From NCBI GenBank assembly GCA_045644505.1, contig JAZRGZ010000082.1, forward strand, positions 1 through 57,750: a stretch of 57,750 nt of DNA. Direction: 5' to 3'. Position 1 is the first letter of the stretch; each line of letters begins with the position of its first letter. The translations under genes and the position numbers were made by a program. Source of the stretch: Christensenellaceae bacterium. Its GTDB lineage: Bacteria; Bacillota; Clostridia; Christensenellales; Borkfalkiaceae. Under the pieces are notes generated by a model. That model had not been told where the DNA came from and did not search any database. It saw nothing but the letters and a program-made list of their open reading frames with translations. Shown here piece after piece: positions 19,102-30,339 of this stretch.

Positions 19102-19893
19102 TTAAATAAATCTTTCGTCGTCAAAATAATAAACTTCTGCTTTTTGGTTTAAGGTTTTATGAACGTGTTCGTAAAATTTTTTAAACCCGTAATTTTCAGA
19201 CGCGTAATGAGTTATTATCATAACTAAGATATTTTTTTCTATCAAATATTTTAAAATGTGATGTGGCATATCCGAAGTTACGACTAAATCTGGCGCTACA
19301 CCCTTTTTAACTTGGGTTTCCGCATAACTTGCGCCACCGCCACAAAAACTTGCAACTCTTTTAATAGTTGAATTTTTACTGCCATAAACTATAACTTTAT
19401 CGGTGTTTAAGGTCTTTTTAACTTGTTTTTCGTAATCTTTTAACCTAACTTCTTGAATTTCAAACAGTCTACCGTAACCAACGCCGTCGAAAAGCGGGTC
19501 TAAAATTTCAAACTCTTTCCCACCAAGTGCCGTCGCCAAACTCTGGTCTATACCACCTTTTGAAACGTCAAGATTTAAGTGCATTGAAATTACGTTTAAT
19601 TTGTAGTTTAACGCTAGCGCCACTGCGCTTGTAGTAACGTCCGTTGCGTCAATAGTAGATAACGGCGTATAAATTGCAGGATGATGAGTGACTATCGTAT
19701 CGCAACCTAACCTTTTTGCTCTTTTTACAGCATTTTCAGTTAAATCTAGCGTGAATAGTATTTTATTCGCGTTTTCGGTAGACTTTATAAGTATACCGCT
19801 GTTGTCATAACCACCGTTTTCTATGAGTTTACGACTATATTCAACGGGCGCAAATAAATCAAGGTTTTCAAATAATTCTTTTAAAGTAAACAT
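19102..19893 (-). CDS. Nif3-like dinuclear metal centre protein (YqfO family)
   Basis: IVTHHPAIY and ITHYASE metal-binding motifs; 263 aa; position after trmK. Confidence 0.85.
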   Translation of the reverse strand: MFTLKELFENLDLFAPVEYSRKLIENGGYDNSGILIKSTENANKILFTLDLTENAVKRAKRLGCDTIVTHHPAIYTPLSTIDATDVTTSAVALALNYKLNVISMHLNLDVSKGGIDQSLATALGGKEFEILDPLFDGVGYGRLFEIQEVRLKDYEKQVKKTLNTDKVIVYGSKNSTIKRVASFCGGGASYAETQVKKGVAPDLVVTSDMPHHILKYLIEKNILVMIITHYASENYGFKKFYEHVHKTLNQKAEVYYFDDERFI

Positions 19894-20525
19894 TTTTCTA
19901 AAACTTCTATGTGTTTTTTTATTTTTTCTTTATCTTCTAAACTCATTTTAGGATTAGAAGAATATTTTTTAAGTTTCGACACGTTTAAATTAACGTATTC
20001 TATAAAATCTTGTGGCTTTTCTTTTAAGTTGGTTCTACCCAACTCAATTTCAAGTTCGGTTAGACTGTCTTTCCCTTTTTCAGCAACGATTAAATCGTAA
20101 AATTTAGACTGTGCCTTGAAGAGATAATCGCTTAAAATTTTATACCCTAATAAAATCAGAATTTTTCTAACTTCTGCCGTGTTTTTCATAGGTTGAAGAA
20201 CAAGCGTTTTGGGTAAATTTTGAGCTTTTTTCAGTATTTCGGTAATTTCTCTTCCACCCATACCTGCAATAAGCGCTACGTCGCACTCGCCAACTTTGTC
20301 GAACCCGTCGGATACTAGCGCACTTGCTTGTCCCATCGTAATAAAATCAGAGAGTAATAATTCTGCTTTTTTTAGACATTCATAACTGACGTCGGATATT
20401 ACTACACGTTCACATTTTTCACGTTTTAACATTGAGTAAGCAATGTAGCCGTGGTCACAACCAATATCGGCAAACGTTTTACAGTAAGGTATAACTGAAA
20501 ATATTTTTTCTAATCTATCGGTCAT
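19881..20525 (-). CDS. trmK: tRNA (adenine22-N1)-methyltransferase TrmK (YqfN family)
   Basis: ADIGCDHGYI SAM-binding start, IAGMGG motif; 1-nt overlap (TAATG) with the sigA stop. Confidence 0.8.
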   Translation of the reverse strand: MTDRLEKIFSVIPYCKTFADIGCDHGYIAYSMLKREKCERVVISDVSYECLKKAELLLSDFITMGQASALVSDGFDKVGECDVALIAGMGGREITEILKKAQNLPKTLVLQPMKNTAEVRKILILLGYKILSDYLFKAQSKFYDLIVAEKGKDSLTELEIELGRTNLKEKPQDFIEYVNLNVSKLKKYSSNPKMSLEDKEKIKKHIEVLEKCLL

Positions 20526-21616
20526 TAGTCTAAGAAATCTTTAAGCCTTTTTGAACGGCTGGGATGACGCAACTTTCTAAGCGCTTTGGCTTCGATTTGT
20601 CTTATACGTTCACGTGTAACGTTAAACTCTTTACCTACTTCTTCTAGCGTTCTAGGTCTACCGTCGTCTAAACCGTATCTTAAACGTAAAACTTTTTCTT
20701 CTCTCGGTGTAAGCGTATCCAAAACGCCCAAGAGTTGTTCTTTAAGCATGGTTTGAGAAACTGCGTCGGTAGGCGCTGCGCTTGCCTCGTCTTCAATAAA
20801 GTCTGACAAATGGCTATCTTCTTCTTCACCGATAGGCGTTTCTAACGATACGGGGTCTTGCGCGATTTTTTGTATTTCTCTTACGCGCTCTTCGGTAATA
20901 TTCATCTCGACGGCAATTTCTTCGGGAGTAGGTTCACGACCTAATTCTTGTAAAAGACGTCTTGACGCTCTAACGAGCTTATTTATAGTTTCTACCATGT
21001 GAACGGGTATACGTATGGTTCTGGCTTGATCGGCAATAGCACGGGTTATAGCTTGACGTATCCACCACGTTGCGTAAGTAGAAAACTTAAAGCCTTTCTG
21101 ATAATCGAACTTTTCAACTGCTTTCATTAACCCTAAGTTACCTTCTTCGATTAAATCAAGGAACTGCATTCCGCGTCCCATATATCTTTTTGCTATTGAA
21201 ACTACCAAACGCAAGTTAGCTTCGGTTAAAAGACGTTTAGCGTTTTCATCGCCCTCTACCATACATTTAGCCAGTTCAGTTTCTTCTTCGGGACGCAATA
21301 GCGGAACTTTACCGATGTCTTTTAGATACATCTTAACAGGGTCATCCATACTTACTTCTTTTAAAAGCTGGTCGTATAGATTTTTGTCCTTTTCGTATTC
21401 ATTGACTACGGTTATGCCTTGGTCTTCTATTTGTTTGTAAATTTTTTCAAGTTCGTCGGGAGTAATCTCGTATTTATCAAACTTGTCGAATATTTGCGCG
21501 GTGCTTACGCTTCCGCTCTTTTTGTTTTCCAAAATGATACTAGACACTATGGTCTTAATCCATTCGGTAAGCGCTTGCTCTTGTTCGGGGGTTTTTACTT
21601 CAAGTTTTTCTTCCAT
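20525..21616 (-). CDS. sigA: RNA polymerase primary sigma factor
   Basis: Region 2.4/rpoD box ([24 protein letters not shown]) and region 4.2 ([30 protein letters not shown]). Confidence 0.96.
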   Translation of the reverse strand: MEEKLEVKTPEQEQALTEWIKTIVSSIILENKKSGSVSTAQIFDKFDKYEITPDELEKIYKQIEDQGITVVNEYEKDKNLYDQLLKEVSMDDPVKMYLKDIGKVPLLRPEEETELAKCMVEGDENAKRLLTEANLRLVVSIAKRYMGRGMQFLDLIEEGNLGLMKAVEKFDYQKGFKFSTYATWWIRQAITRAIADQARTIRIPVHMVETINKLVRASRRLLQELGREPTPEEIAVEMNITEERVREIQKIAQDPVSLETPIGEEEDSHLSDFIEDEASAAPTDAVSQTMLKEQLLGVLDTLTPREEKVLRLRYGLDDGRPRTLEEVGKEFNVTRERIRQIEAKALRKLRHPSRSKRLKDFLD

Positions 21617-21634
21617 TTTTTCTCCTTGTAAGAG

Positions 21635-23407
21635 TTATATAAGTTTCTTTTTTATAGCGTAGAGAGCGTTCATTTCCGCTGTAATTTTACGCCTTGTTTC
21701 TAAATCTTTCTCTGCCGTAAACTGTTTGGTAAGCACGTCTAGTTTTTGGTTTACCGAATACAGTTTTAGCGCCTTTATGCAGTCGTTAAAGTACGTCGAC
21801 TGGTCGTATTGGTTATTGTTAGAAGTTTCTAAGCCAGCAATTTTAGAAAGTTCGGCATTTTCGCCGTCACCCTCGTCAAATAAATCGGAAAACACGATTT
21901 TTTGTCCGTTTTTAAGTCTCTTTATTATAAAGTCGCAAATCTTTTTATGCTCAGGCAACACAAACTCTATACTTTTAATATCCGTTTCTTCGGCGTAAGG
22001 TTTGTTAAAAAGATATGAATACAGTATAAATCTACCCGCGATTGCCGTTTTACTGTCCGAATAATCGTTCACCTCGCAAATAACGTTAGTTTGTAGATTG
22101 GTTTCTTTTCTAGGTGCACTATACAACTCGCGTTTTAAGGCTTCTATGGTCGTACCCGTTAACGACCTTACCGTTTTTAGTAAATCTTCTTGTTCGGCAG
22201 GCGAAGGGCTTTCGCGTATAACCTCTATCGCTTTTGTAACGTATTTACGTTTACCGTCCACGGTATTTAGGTCAAAAGTTTTTCTTAAAATATCTAACTT
22301 GAAATCGATTAAAGGCATAGCCGATTTTAGACAGTTTTCATACCCCTCTTTGCCTAAGTTTTTGATTACGTCATCGGGGTCCATACCGTCGGGTAAAGAT
22401 ACTACTTTAACGTCTAGTCCTTCGTCTTTTAATATTTCTAACCCGCGAATAGACGCTTTTTGACCAGCAAAATCACCGTCGTAACTAATATACACCTTGT
22501 CCGTATAACGTTTTAAAATTCTCGCTTGGTCTTTTGTTAAAGAAGTTCCCATACTTGCAACTACATTATAAAAACCCGCTTGGTCAAGAGATATCGTGTC
22601 CATGTATCCCTCGACGATAATGACCGAATCAATACCCTTTTCGTTTTTAAGTTTTTTAAGATTGTTAAGGTTATATAAGATATTGCTCTTAGAAAAAACT
22701 ACCGTTTCTTTGGTGTTTTTATACTTAGCAAAATCAGCTTTTTCTAACAGTCTTCCACCAAACGCCACCACCTGATTAAACTGGTTTATAATCGGAACTA
22801 TAAGTCTACCGCCCAAAGAATCGTAATATCTGCCGTCTTTGACGTCGACTGCGCCCGACTGAACCATCTCTTCGTAAGTGTAACCCTTATCTAAAAGATA
22901 TTTGGGTAAATCGTTAAAATTAAGCGAAGCGCCAAGCCCAAACTTTATAGCAGTTTCTTTGGTTAAACGGCGTTTTAGCATATAATCGTTATGTTTTTGA
23001 GCGTTAGAAGTTCTTATATTATGCGCGTAAAACAGCGCGGTATCTTTTAAGAGAGCGTTAAGTCTTTCTTTTTTCTTTTTTTGTTCGCGTATTTTTTCGT
23101 CGTCGATTTTTACGGTAGGAATTGCAAGTCCTACGCGTTCGGCTAATAATTTTACGGCATCGGAAAAATCTAACGCTTCCATTTCAGAAACGAAAGTAAT
23201 AACGTCGCCCGATTTATGGCAACCGAAACAATAGAAAAATTGCCCAGACGGGTTTACCGAAAACGAAGCCGTTTTTTCGTGATGAAAAGGACAAACACCC
23301 CAGTAATTACCGCCTTTATGTTCCAACCGAACGTAACGGCTTACCACGTCGACAATATCGTTTTTGCTCTTTAATTGTTCGATAAATTTGTAATCGAAAC
23401 CTTGCAT
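21635..23407 (-). CDS. dnaG: DNA primase
   Basis: Zinc finger CPFHHEKTASFSV...CFGCHKSGD, Toprim (VEGYMD...DGDFAGQKA). I prefer the ATG at 23407 (MQGFDYKF). It forms a TAATG overlap with the dgt stop and matches the usual N-terminal spacing. An upstream ATG at 23419 lacks an RBS. Confidence 0.94.
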   Translation of the reverse strand: MQGFDYKFIEQLKSKNDIVDVVSRYVRLEHKGGNYWGVCPFHHEKTASFSVNPSGQFFYCFGCHKSGDVITFVSEMEALDFSDAVKLLAERVGLAIPTVKIDDEKIREQKKKKERLNALLKDTALFYAHNIRTSNAQKHNDYMLKRRLTKETAIKFGLGASLNFNDLPKYLLDKGYTYEEMVQSGAVDVKDGRYYDSLGGRLIVPIINQFNQVVAFGGRLLEKADFAKYKNTKETVVFSKSNILYNLNNLKKLKNEKGIDSVIIVEGYMDTISLDQAGFYNVVASMGTSLTKDQARILKRYTDKVYISYDGDFAGQKASIRGLEILKDEGLDVKVVSLPDGMDPDDVIKNLGKEGYENCLKSAMPLIDFKLDILRKTFDLNTVDGKRKYVTKAIEVIRESPSPAEQEDLLKTVRSLTGTTIEALKRELYSAPRKETNLQTNVICEVNDYSDSKTAIAGRFILYSYLFNKPYAEETDIKSIEFVLPEHKKICDFIIKRLKNGQKIVFSDLFDEGDGENAELSKIAGLETSNNNQYDQSTYFNDCIKALKLYSVNQKLDVLTKQFTAEKDLETRRKITAEMNALYAIKKKLI

Positions 23408-24429
23408 TATATTTCCCATTTGTTAGGAACGAACAGTTCTGTAAACACTTTTACAGCGTAACCGTCGCTCATGCTCGATATATAATCGGAAACCACCGTA
23501 TCTACGTCTTCGGTTTCCAACTGTTTAACGTTAAATTCGGGCATTGCCCAAGTATTTTTCTTGTAATAATCGTAAAGCGCCGATATCATTCTTTCGGCTT
23601 TTTCTTCTTCGATTTTAAAAGTCTTGTCGTTATACACGCGCTCGAACAAAAAGTTTCTTAAATTGTTAGTCGCAGTATTTACTTCGTCTTGCATTTTAAC
23701 GTAAGGCTTAGAATCGCTTTCAGCAAATATTGAATAAATCATTGTGTTTATTCTTTGGCTAGACGTTTTTCCTAAAATTTCTACACAGTCTTTGGGTAAA
23801 TCGTCTAAGGTTATGAACCCACCGACAACTGCGTCGTCTATGTCGTGGTTAATGTATGCGATACGGTCTGCCAAACTTACCGCCATACCTTCTAAGGTTT
23901 TAGGCTTGCAATTCATTTTATGATTAATTATACCGTCCACCACTTCACGGGTTAAATTTAAGCCTTTACCGTCCTTTTCAAGATAATCGACAACTCTGCC
24001 CGATTGAACGTTATGCATAAATCCTTTGGGGTTAAGTTTGTTTAAAATTCTCTCCCCTGAATGACCGAAAGGAGTATGTCCTAAATCGTGTCCTAAGGCG
24101 ATTGCTTCTGTTAAATCTTCGTTCAAAGACAAAGCCCTTGCAATACCCCTTGCAACTTGCGAAACGTTTAAAGTATGAGTAAGTCTTGTCCTATAATGGT
24201 CGCCTTCGGGCGAAAAGAACACCTGCGTTTTGTTTTTAAGACGGCGGAAAGATTTACAATGAATAATTCTGTCCCTATCACGCTGAAATTCCGTGCGCAT
24301 AGGACAAGGTTCTTCTTTTATAATTCTTCCTTCGGTATCTTTTGATTTAGTCGCGTAAGGCGATAAAAAAGTTTGTTCGATTAAAAGCGTTTTATCTTTC
24401 AAGTAACTCTCTCCGATAAATAGTTTCAT
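23407..24429 (-). CDS. dGTPase-like HD-domain triphosphohydrolase
   Basis: RTRLTHTLNVSQVARGIA...LGHDLGHTPFGHSGE HD motif; 340 aa; translationally coupled to dnaG. Confidence 0.85.
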   Translation of the reverse strand: MKLFIGESYLKDKTLLIEQTFLSPYATKSKDTEGRIIKEEPCPMRTEFQRDRDRIIHCKSFRRLKNKTQVFFSPEGDHYRTRLTHTLNVSQVARGIARALSLNEDLTEAIALGHDLGHTPFGHSGERILNKLNPKGFMHNVQSGRVVDYLEKDGKGLNLTREVVDGIINHKMNCKPKTLEGMAVSLADRIAYINHDIDDAVVGGFITLDDLPKDCVEILGKTSSQRINTMIYSIFAESDSKPYVKMQDEVNTATNNLRNFLFERVYNDKTFKIEEEKAERMISALYDYYKKNTWAMPEFNVKQLETEDVDTVVSDYISSMSDGYAVKVFTELFVPNKWEI

Positions 24430-24501
24430 ATAATATTACTACGTAAAATTTAAAAACCCTTTTTTTATTACAAAATTTATTATATTATTTTAAATAATTT
24501 T

Positions 24502-24526
24502 AAAGGGACAACTTTTTGTCCCTTTT
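24502..24526 (-). terminator. terminator after uvrA
   Basis: AAAGGGACA...TGTCCCTTT hairpin 4 nt after the uvrA stop. Confidence 0.6.
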
Positions 24527-24529
24527 TAA

Positions 24530-27349
24530 TTACCTTAAAATACTTTTTAAGAACTGTCCCGTGTAACTTTGCTCTATTTTAGATACTTGTTCGGGAGTAC
24601 CCACGGCAACTACCGTTCCGCCTGCATCTCCGCCGTCAGGACCTAAATCTACTATATAATCGGCAAGTTTTATTACGTCTAGATTATGTTCGATTATAAC
24701 CACGGTATTGCCGTTTTCTTGCAATCTTTTCAATACGTCGCACAATTTTTGCACGTCGTAAGAGTGTAACCCCGTCGTCGGCTCGTCTAAAATATACAAA
24801 GTCTTTCCCGTGCCACGTTTAGAAAGTTCGGTTGCCAGTTTTACTCTTTGTGCTTCGCCACCCGATAACGTTGTAGACGATTGTCCTAGTTTAATATACC
24901 CTAAACCTACGTCTTGCAAGGTTTTAATTTTGTTGTAAATAGAAGTTATAGGTTTAAAGAAGTCGCACGCTTCGTCAACGGTCATCTCTAAAACGTCACT
25001 AATATTTTTGCCCTTATATTTTACTTGTAAAGTTTCTCTATTGTACCTTTTACCTTTACATACTTCACAAGGAACGTACATATCGGGTAAGAAATGCATC
25101 TCTATCTTTATCGCACCGTCCCCTTCGCAATGCTCACATCTACCGCCCGAAACGTTAAAAGAAAATCTTCCGGCCTTATATCCGCGCTCTTTTGCGTCCA
25201 ACGTACCCGAGAAAAGCTCTCTTATGGGCGAAAACACGCCAGTATAAGTTGCAGGGTTACTTCTCGGAGTTCTTCCGATTGGCGATTGGTCGATAGCAAT
25301 AACTTTATCGAAATATTCTATACCGTCTATACCGTCAGAGTTTCCGTCGCGAATTTTCATTTTATTTAATCTTGACGCAAAGTAAGGATAAATTATTTCG
25401 TTTACTAACGAACTTTTACCAGACCCAGAAACGCCTGTTACTACGGTAGTTAAACCTACGGGGATACTAACGTCTACGTTTTTAAGGTTGTTTTGTCTTG
25501 CTCCTTTTACGGTAATCCATCTGCCGTCGGGTGTTGACCTGATTTCTGGCACTTCGATTTTTCTTCTACCCGAAAGATAATCGCCCGTGATTGAACGAGG
25601 TTCGTTTATGATATCTTCAACCGTACCCGTTGCGACGACCTCGCCACCATGAACGCCAGCGCGCGGTCCTATATCGACGATAAAATCTGCTTCACGCATA
25701 GTATCTTCGTCGTGCTCTACCACTATTAAAGTGTTACCAATATCGCGAAGCTTTTTTAGAGTGTTTATAAGTTTTTGATTATCGCGCTGATGAAGTCCTA
25801 TGCTCGGCTCGTCTAAAATGTACAACACGCCTGTTAAACCGCTTCCTATTTGAGTTGCAAGTCTTATTCTTTGAGCTTCGCCACCCGAGAGAGTGGAGGC
25901 GCTACGCGACAACGTTAAGTAACCTAACCCTACGTCTTTTAAGAAATTTAAACGCGCTTTAATTTCTTTCAAAATAGGCGTCGCTATTAAACCGTCGGTT
26001 TTACCGAACTCTAATTTTTCTATGAAATCGTATAAATCGGTTACCGAAATATCGGTAAGTTCTGCGATGTTTTTGCCGTTTATTTTAACTGATAGCGCTT
26101 CTTTTTTAAGTCGTTTACCGTGACAAGTATCGCACGGAGTTACCGTCATATATCTTTCTATTTCCTGTTTAGTGTAGTCGCTAGTAGTTTCTTTGTATCT
26201 CCTTTGAAGATTAGGAATAATACCCTCCCAACTTGCATGATAGGTGGTATTAAAAGTTTTAGTCGAATATTCCATCTTGATTTTTTCGTCGCCCGAACCG
26301 TAAAGCAAAATATTATATACGTGCTTTGGTAAATCTTGTACGGGAACGTCTAAACTAAAACCGTAGTGACGAGCAAGTGCGGTAAAATTCATTTCCGCCA
26401 TTTTACCGTCACCTATATTCCAACCGGTAACCGTCATTGCTCCTTCTCGTAAAGTTTTGGTTTTGTCTTTTACTATTAAGTTTTCGTCTATTTCATTCTT
26501 AAAACCCAAACCGTGGCAATCGGGACACGCGCCGTAAGGGTTATTAAACGAAAAAAGTCTAGGCTCGATTTCTTCTAAACTTATACCACAGTCGGGACAC
26601 GAATACTTGGTTGAATACAAAACCGTTTCTCCGTCGACGATTTGCACTTGAACAAGACCGTCGGCGAGTTTTAGAGCAGTTTCTATACTGTCGGCAAGCC
26701 GTTTTTGTATGCCGTCTTTTACTATTAGTCTATCAATTACTACACTTATGATGTGTTTTACGTTTTTGTCGAGTTTTATTTGTTCGTCAAGACCGTAAAC
26801 TACACCGTCGATTAAAACTCTCGCGTAACCGCTTTTTTTGTACGTTTCAAGCTCTTTTGCGTACTCGCCTTTCTTTCCGCGTACTACTGGCGCATTTACT
26901 AAAATTTTACTATTTTCGGGAAAAGCCATTACCCTATCTACTATTTGGTCGACCGTTTGTCTGGCTATTTCACGTCCACAGTTAGGACAATGCGGACGAC
27001 CTACACGGGCAAAAAGCAACCTGAAATAATCGTAAATTTCAGTTACAGTTCCAACGGTAGAACGCGGATTGTGCGAAGTGGTTTTTTGGTCGATGGATAT
27101 TGCAGGAGATAAACCTTCGATACTGTCGACGTCGGGTTTTTCCATTTGTCCCAGAAACATACGAGCGTAACTTGATAAGCTCTCTACGTATCTGCGTTGA
27201 CCTTCGGCGTAAATAGTTTCAAAAGCAAGCGTAGATTTTCCGCTTCCCGATAAACCCGTAAGTACTACAAGTTTATCGCGCGGAATTTTTACGTCTATAT
27301 TTTTAAGGTTATTTTCCCTTGCACCTTTTATTACCAAGTAATCTTTCAT
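24530..27349 (-). CDS. uvrA: excinuclease ABC subunit A
   Basis: Two ABC modules (GLSGSGKS / GVSGSGKS, two LSGGEAQR signatures) and zinc-finger Cys clusters; 939 aa. Confidence 0.97.
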   Translation of the reverse strand: MKDYLVIKGARENNLKNIDVKIPRDKLVVLTGLSGSGKSTLAFETIYAEGQRRYVESLSSYARMFLGQMEKPDVDSIEGLSPAISIDQKTTSHNPRSTVGTVTEIYDYFRLLFARVGRPHCPNCGREIARQTVDQIVDRVMAFPENSKILVNAPVVRGKKGEYAKELETYKKSGYARVLIDGVVYGLDEQIKLDKNVKHIISVVIDRLIVKDGIQKRLADSIETALKLADGLVQVQIVDGETVLYSTKYSCPDCGISLEEIEPRLFSFNNPYGACPDCHGLGFKNEIDENLIVKDKTKTLREGAMTVTGWNIGDGKMAEMNFTALARHYGFSLDVPVQDLPKHVYNILLYGSGDEKIKMEYSTKTFNTTYHASWEGIIPNLQRRYKETTSDYTKQEIERYMTVTPCDTCHGKRLKKEALSVKINGKNIAELTDISVTDLYDFIEKLEFGKTDGLIATPILKEIKARLNFLKDVGLGYLTLSRSASTLSGGEAQRIRLATQIGSGLTGVLYILDEPSIGLHQRDNQKLINTLKKLRDIGNTLIVVEHDEDTMREADFIVDIGPRAGVHGGEVVATGTVEDIINEPRSITGDYLSGRRKIEVPEIRSTPDGRWITVKGARQNNLKNVDVSIPVGLTTVVTGVSGSGKSSLVNEIIYPYFASRLNKMKIRDGNSDGIDGIEYFDKVIAIDQSPIGRTPRSNPATYTGVFSPIRELFSGTLDAKERGYKAGRFSFNVSGGRCEHCEGDGAIKIEMHFLPDMYVPCEVCKGKRYNRETLQVKYKGKNISDVLEMTVDEACDFFKPITSIYNKIKTLQDVGLGYIKLGQSSTTLSGGEAQRVKLATELSKRGTGKTLYILDEPTTGLHSYDVQKLCDVLKRLQENGNTVVIIEHNLDVIKLADYIVDLGPDGGDAGGTVVAVGTPEQVSKIEQSYTGQFLKSILR

Positions 27350-27350
27350 T

Positions 27351-29315
27351 TTATCTTCTCATTTTTGCTTTCAGTTTAGAAATTGTATCTCTGAGTTCTA
27401 TACATCTTTCAAAATCCAAGTTGTCTGACGCTATTTTCATAAGCGCTTTTAACTTTTCAATCTCTTCGGGGATATCTTTTTGTTTTATGTCGTTTACACG
27501 GTCGTTCTTTTTAGTGATTTCGAGGGTGTTTACCACGTCTTTTACGATAGTCTTAGGAACTATTCCGTGTTTTTCGTTATATTCTTTTTGAATTTCTCTA
27601 CGTCTATTGGTTTCATCAATTGCCCGACGCATACTTCCCGTCATATTGTCGGCGTACATTATAACTTTACCGTCCGAATTTCTCGCGGCGCGTCCAATAG
27701 TTTGAATAAGCGAAGTTTGGCTACGTAAAAAGCCTTCTTTATCAGCGTCAAGAATTGCAACAAGTTTAACTTCGGGTAAGTCTAGCCCTTCACGTAAAAG
27801 GTTAATACCGCACAACACGTCAAACTCGCCCGTACGTAGTCCTGACACGATATCTATTCTTTCCATAGTATCTATATCACTGTGCATATATCTAACTTTT
27901 ACGCCGTTTTCTTTCAAATACTCGGTTAAACTTTCCGCCATTTTTTTAGTTAAAGTCGTTATTAAAACTCTACCCTTATCTTTAACGACGGCGTTTATCT
28001 CTGATAACAAATGGTCTATTTGGTTTTTGGTCGGAATAACCGTAATCTTAGGGTCTAGTAACCCAGTAGGACGTATAAGTTGCTCTATTACTTGTCCTGC
28101 TTGACTTAGCTCGTATTCTGCTGGTGTTGCTGAAACACATATCATTTGACCTATACGTGCGTCAAACTCTTCAAAGGTAAGCGGACGGTTATCAAACGCT
28201 GATTTTAATCTAAACCCGTAATCAACAAGGCTTGTCTTTCTTGCTTTGTCGCCGTTACTCATACCTCCTATTTGAGGTATAGTCATGTGCGATTCGTCGA
28301 TAAACACGATAAAATCGTCAGGAAAATAATCCAGCAAAGTAAAAGGCGGTTCTCCGATATCTCTGCCGTCAAAATATCTGCTGTAATTTTCTATACCCTT
28401 GCAAAACCCTATTTCACGCATCATCTCTATATCGTAATCGGTACGTTGGTTAAGACGTTGCGCTTCTATTAATTTTCCTTGCTCGTTAAAAAAGCGTACT
28501 TCGTCTTGTTTGTCGCGTTCTATTGCAACGATTGCGCGATTTAATTTTTCAAATTCTACGGCATAGTGACTTGCAGGAAAAATTACCGCATGTTTAAGTT
28601 CTGATACAACTTTACCCGAAACGTATTCCACTTCGTAAATGTTTTCTACCGTGTCGCCGAAAAACTCTACTCTTATAATAATTTCAGTATTAGCCGACGG
28701 GAAAACGTCCACGACGTCCCCGCGCGCTCTAAACGACGAACGTGAAAAATCAACGTCACGACGCACGTATTGAATGCCTACGAGTTTACGCATAAACTCA
28801 TCGCGGTCTATATTGTCGTTAGGTCTTATAGAAACTGCGAGACGGTAATATTCTTCGGGTGCTCCTAGACCGTAAATACACGACACCGAAGCAACGACAA
28901 TCGTATCACGTCGTTCGGCAAGCGAACAAGTTGCCGAATGACGGAGTTTATCTATCTCGTCATTAATTGCCAAGTCCTTTTCTATATAAGTATCTGTGCT
29001 CGGAAGATATGCTTCGGGTTGATAATAGTCATAGTACGACACGAAAAATTCTACTCTATTTTCGGGAAAAAATTCTCTAAACTCGTTGCATAACTGAGCT
29101 GCGAGAGTTTTGTTGTGCGCTATTACAAGAGCGGGACGATTTAATTGTTCAATAACGTTAGCCATAGTAAAAGTCTTCCCAGAACCTGTGACGCCAAGCA
29201 ATACCTGAGTTCTTAAACCGTCGTTTACACCTTCTACAAGTTTAGATATTGCTTGCGGTTGGTCGCCCGTCGGCTTAAACTTACTATGAAGTTTGAAATG
29301 TTTATTTTCCGTCAT
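27351..29315 (-). CDS. uvrB: excinuclease ABC subunit B
   Basis: [17 protein letters not shown] start, [12 protein letters not shown], and a C-terminal UVR domain. I prefer the ATG at 29315 (MTENKHF). The ORF-track start at 29360 has no RBS and adds 15 atypical residues. Confidence 0.96.
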   Translation of the reverse strand: MTENKHFKLHSKFKPTGDQPQAISKLVEGVNDGLRTQVLLGVTGSGKTFTMANVIEQLNRPALVIAHNKTLAAQLCNEFREFFPENRVEFFVSYYDYYQPEAYLPSTDTYIEKDLAINDEIDKLRHSATCSLAERRDTIVVASVSCIYGLGAPEEYYRLAVSIRPNDNIDRDEFMRKLVGIQYVRRDVDFSRSSFRARGDVVDVFPSANTEIIIRVEFFGDTVENIYEVEYVSGKVVSELKHAVIFPASHYAVEFEKLNRAIVAIERDKQDEVRFFNEQGKLIEAQRLNQRTDYDIEMMREIGFCKGIENYSRYFDGRDIGEPPFTLLDYFPDDFIVFIDESHMTIPQIGGMSNGDKARKTSLVDYGFRLKSAFDNRPLTFEEFDARIGQMICVSATPAEYELSQAGQVIEQLIRPTGLLDPKITVIPTKNQIDHLLSEINAVVKDKGRVLITTLTKKMAESLTEYLKENGVKVRYMHSDIDTMERIDIVSGLRTGEFDVLCGINLLREGLDLPEVKLVAILDADKEGFLRSQTSLIQTIGRAARNSDGKVIMYADNMTGSMRRAIDETNRRREIQKEYNEKHGIVPKTIVKDVVNTLEITKKNDRVNDIKQKDIPEEIEKLKALMKIASDNLDFERCIELRDTISKLKAKMRR

Positions 29316-29480
29316 ATAACTACCGTTTATTTTACGTAAACAAAATTTTCTTATACTCATATTATTATAAATTATATATTTATAAAGGTCAACACTTTTT
29401 TAACCCTCTTAAACTAAGGTAACCTTTTTGTATCCCCTTTGAATATAATAAATCAGCAACGCTACGGAGGAAGAAAAAAT

Positions 29481-30287
29481 ATGTGTTGTCTTTTCGGCTC
29501 GGGTTGTAATTGCCCGAATAACAATAGAAGAAACTCTAATACCACAAATTACGTGGGAATTGTAGGTGCTCGTGGTCCGCAAGGTCCGCAGGGTCCTGTC
29601 GGTCCACAAGGTCCGCAAGGTCCTACCGGTGCGACGGGCGCTACTGGTGCTGTTGGTCCTATCGGTCCTGTCGGTCCGCAGGGTCCCGTAGGCGCTACTG
29701 GTGCGACGGGTGCTACTGGTGCTGTTGGTCCTATCGGTCCTCAGGGTCCCGTAGGTCCTGTCGGTCCGCAGGGACCAGTTGGTCCGCAAGGTCCCCAAGG
29801 CGAAACTGGCGCTACTGGGGCTACTGGGGCCACAGGTGCTACTGGTGCAACGGGTCCGCAAGGTCCTGTCGGTCCACAAGGTCCGCAAGGCCCCAGTGGA
29901 ACAAGCGACGGATTGTACGCATCACTTTTCGCAGATACCACAATTGCAACCAACGCAATCATACCCTTAGCTCTTAACACTGCCACTGACGGCACAACTT
30001 TAAGTGTATCGACAGAAGGTGTAGTTTTGCCCGAAGCAGGAACTTATCTAGTTTCTTATCAAGTAAGTGGCGCTTCCAACACAGGTGTAGTTACAGTTAG
30101 TCTTTATCTTAACGGAGCACAACTCACTGGTGAAACTTTGTCTTTACCGTCTGCTGGCGCAACTGCAAGTGCAAGTAAAACCATACTTTTAACCACTGAC
30201 GGTGAGGCTACCATTGCTTTATATAACGTATCAGGTGAAGAAATTTCTGTTACGGATGCAGGTATTACCGTTTTACGTTTAGATTAG
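29481..30287 (+). CDS. collagen-like triple-helix repeat protein with a BclA/C1q-like C-terminal globular domain
   Basis: The ATG at 29481 lies 9 nt after GGAGGA. N-terminus [15 protein letters not shown] (4 Cys in 11 aa). 38 uninterrupted G-X-Y triplets (GPQ/GPV/GAT). The roughly 125-aa C-terminal domain has the pattern [13 protein letters not shown]...VSLYLNG...ALYNVSG...AGITVLRLD, resembling the BclA C-terminal TNF-like jelly roll. Confidence 0.8.
   Translation: MCCLFGSGCNCPNNNRRNSNTTNYVGIVGARGPQGPQGPVGPQGPQGPTGATGATGAVGPIGPVGPQGPVGATGATGATGAVGPIGPQGPVGPVGPQGPVGPQGPQGETGATGATGATGATGATGPQGPVGPQGPQGPSGTSDGLYASLFADTTIATNAIIPLALNTATDGTTLSVSTEGVVLPEAGTYLVSYQVSGASNTGVVTVSLYLNGAQLTGETLSLPSAGATASASKTILLTTDGEATIALYNVSGEEISVTDAGITVLRLD
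29565..29906 (+). repeat. G-X-Y coding tandem repeat region (342 nt) with higher-order internal duplications
   Basis: 9-nt periodicity (GGTCCNCAR / GGTGCNACN). A 42-nt block at 29628-29669 is repeated at 29700-29741 (41/42 identical, 72-nt offset). A 38-nt block at 29583-29620 is repeated at 29853-29890 (37/38 identical, 270-nt in-frame offset). Confidence 0.9.
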
Positions 30288-30302
30288 ACGGTTTCAAAAT
30301 TT

Positions 30303-30339
30303 AAAGGTATAGACTGAAAAAGTCTATACCTTTATTTTT
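30303..30339. terminator. bidirectional terminator
   Basis: AAAGGTATAGACT-gaaaa-AGTCTATACCTTT followed by ATTTTT; lies between convergent genes. Confidence 0.8.

Noticed and set aside
29565-29906. Regularly spaced short repeats that could superficially look like a CRISPR array or a non-coding satellite
   Set aside because: The period is 9 nt, the repeats sit inside an open reading frame encoding G-X-Y, and there are no spacers or leader. No cas genes are present anywhere in the window.
29409-29995. Minus-strand ORFs of 159 aa and 84 aa, and a +63-aa ORF, overlapping the collagen-like gene
   Set aside because: These are frame and strand shadows of the GGN-CCN-NNN repeat. Their products are low-complexity (RT/LRT or PVAP strings), and they lack an RBS and any independent signal.
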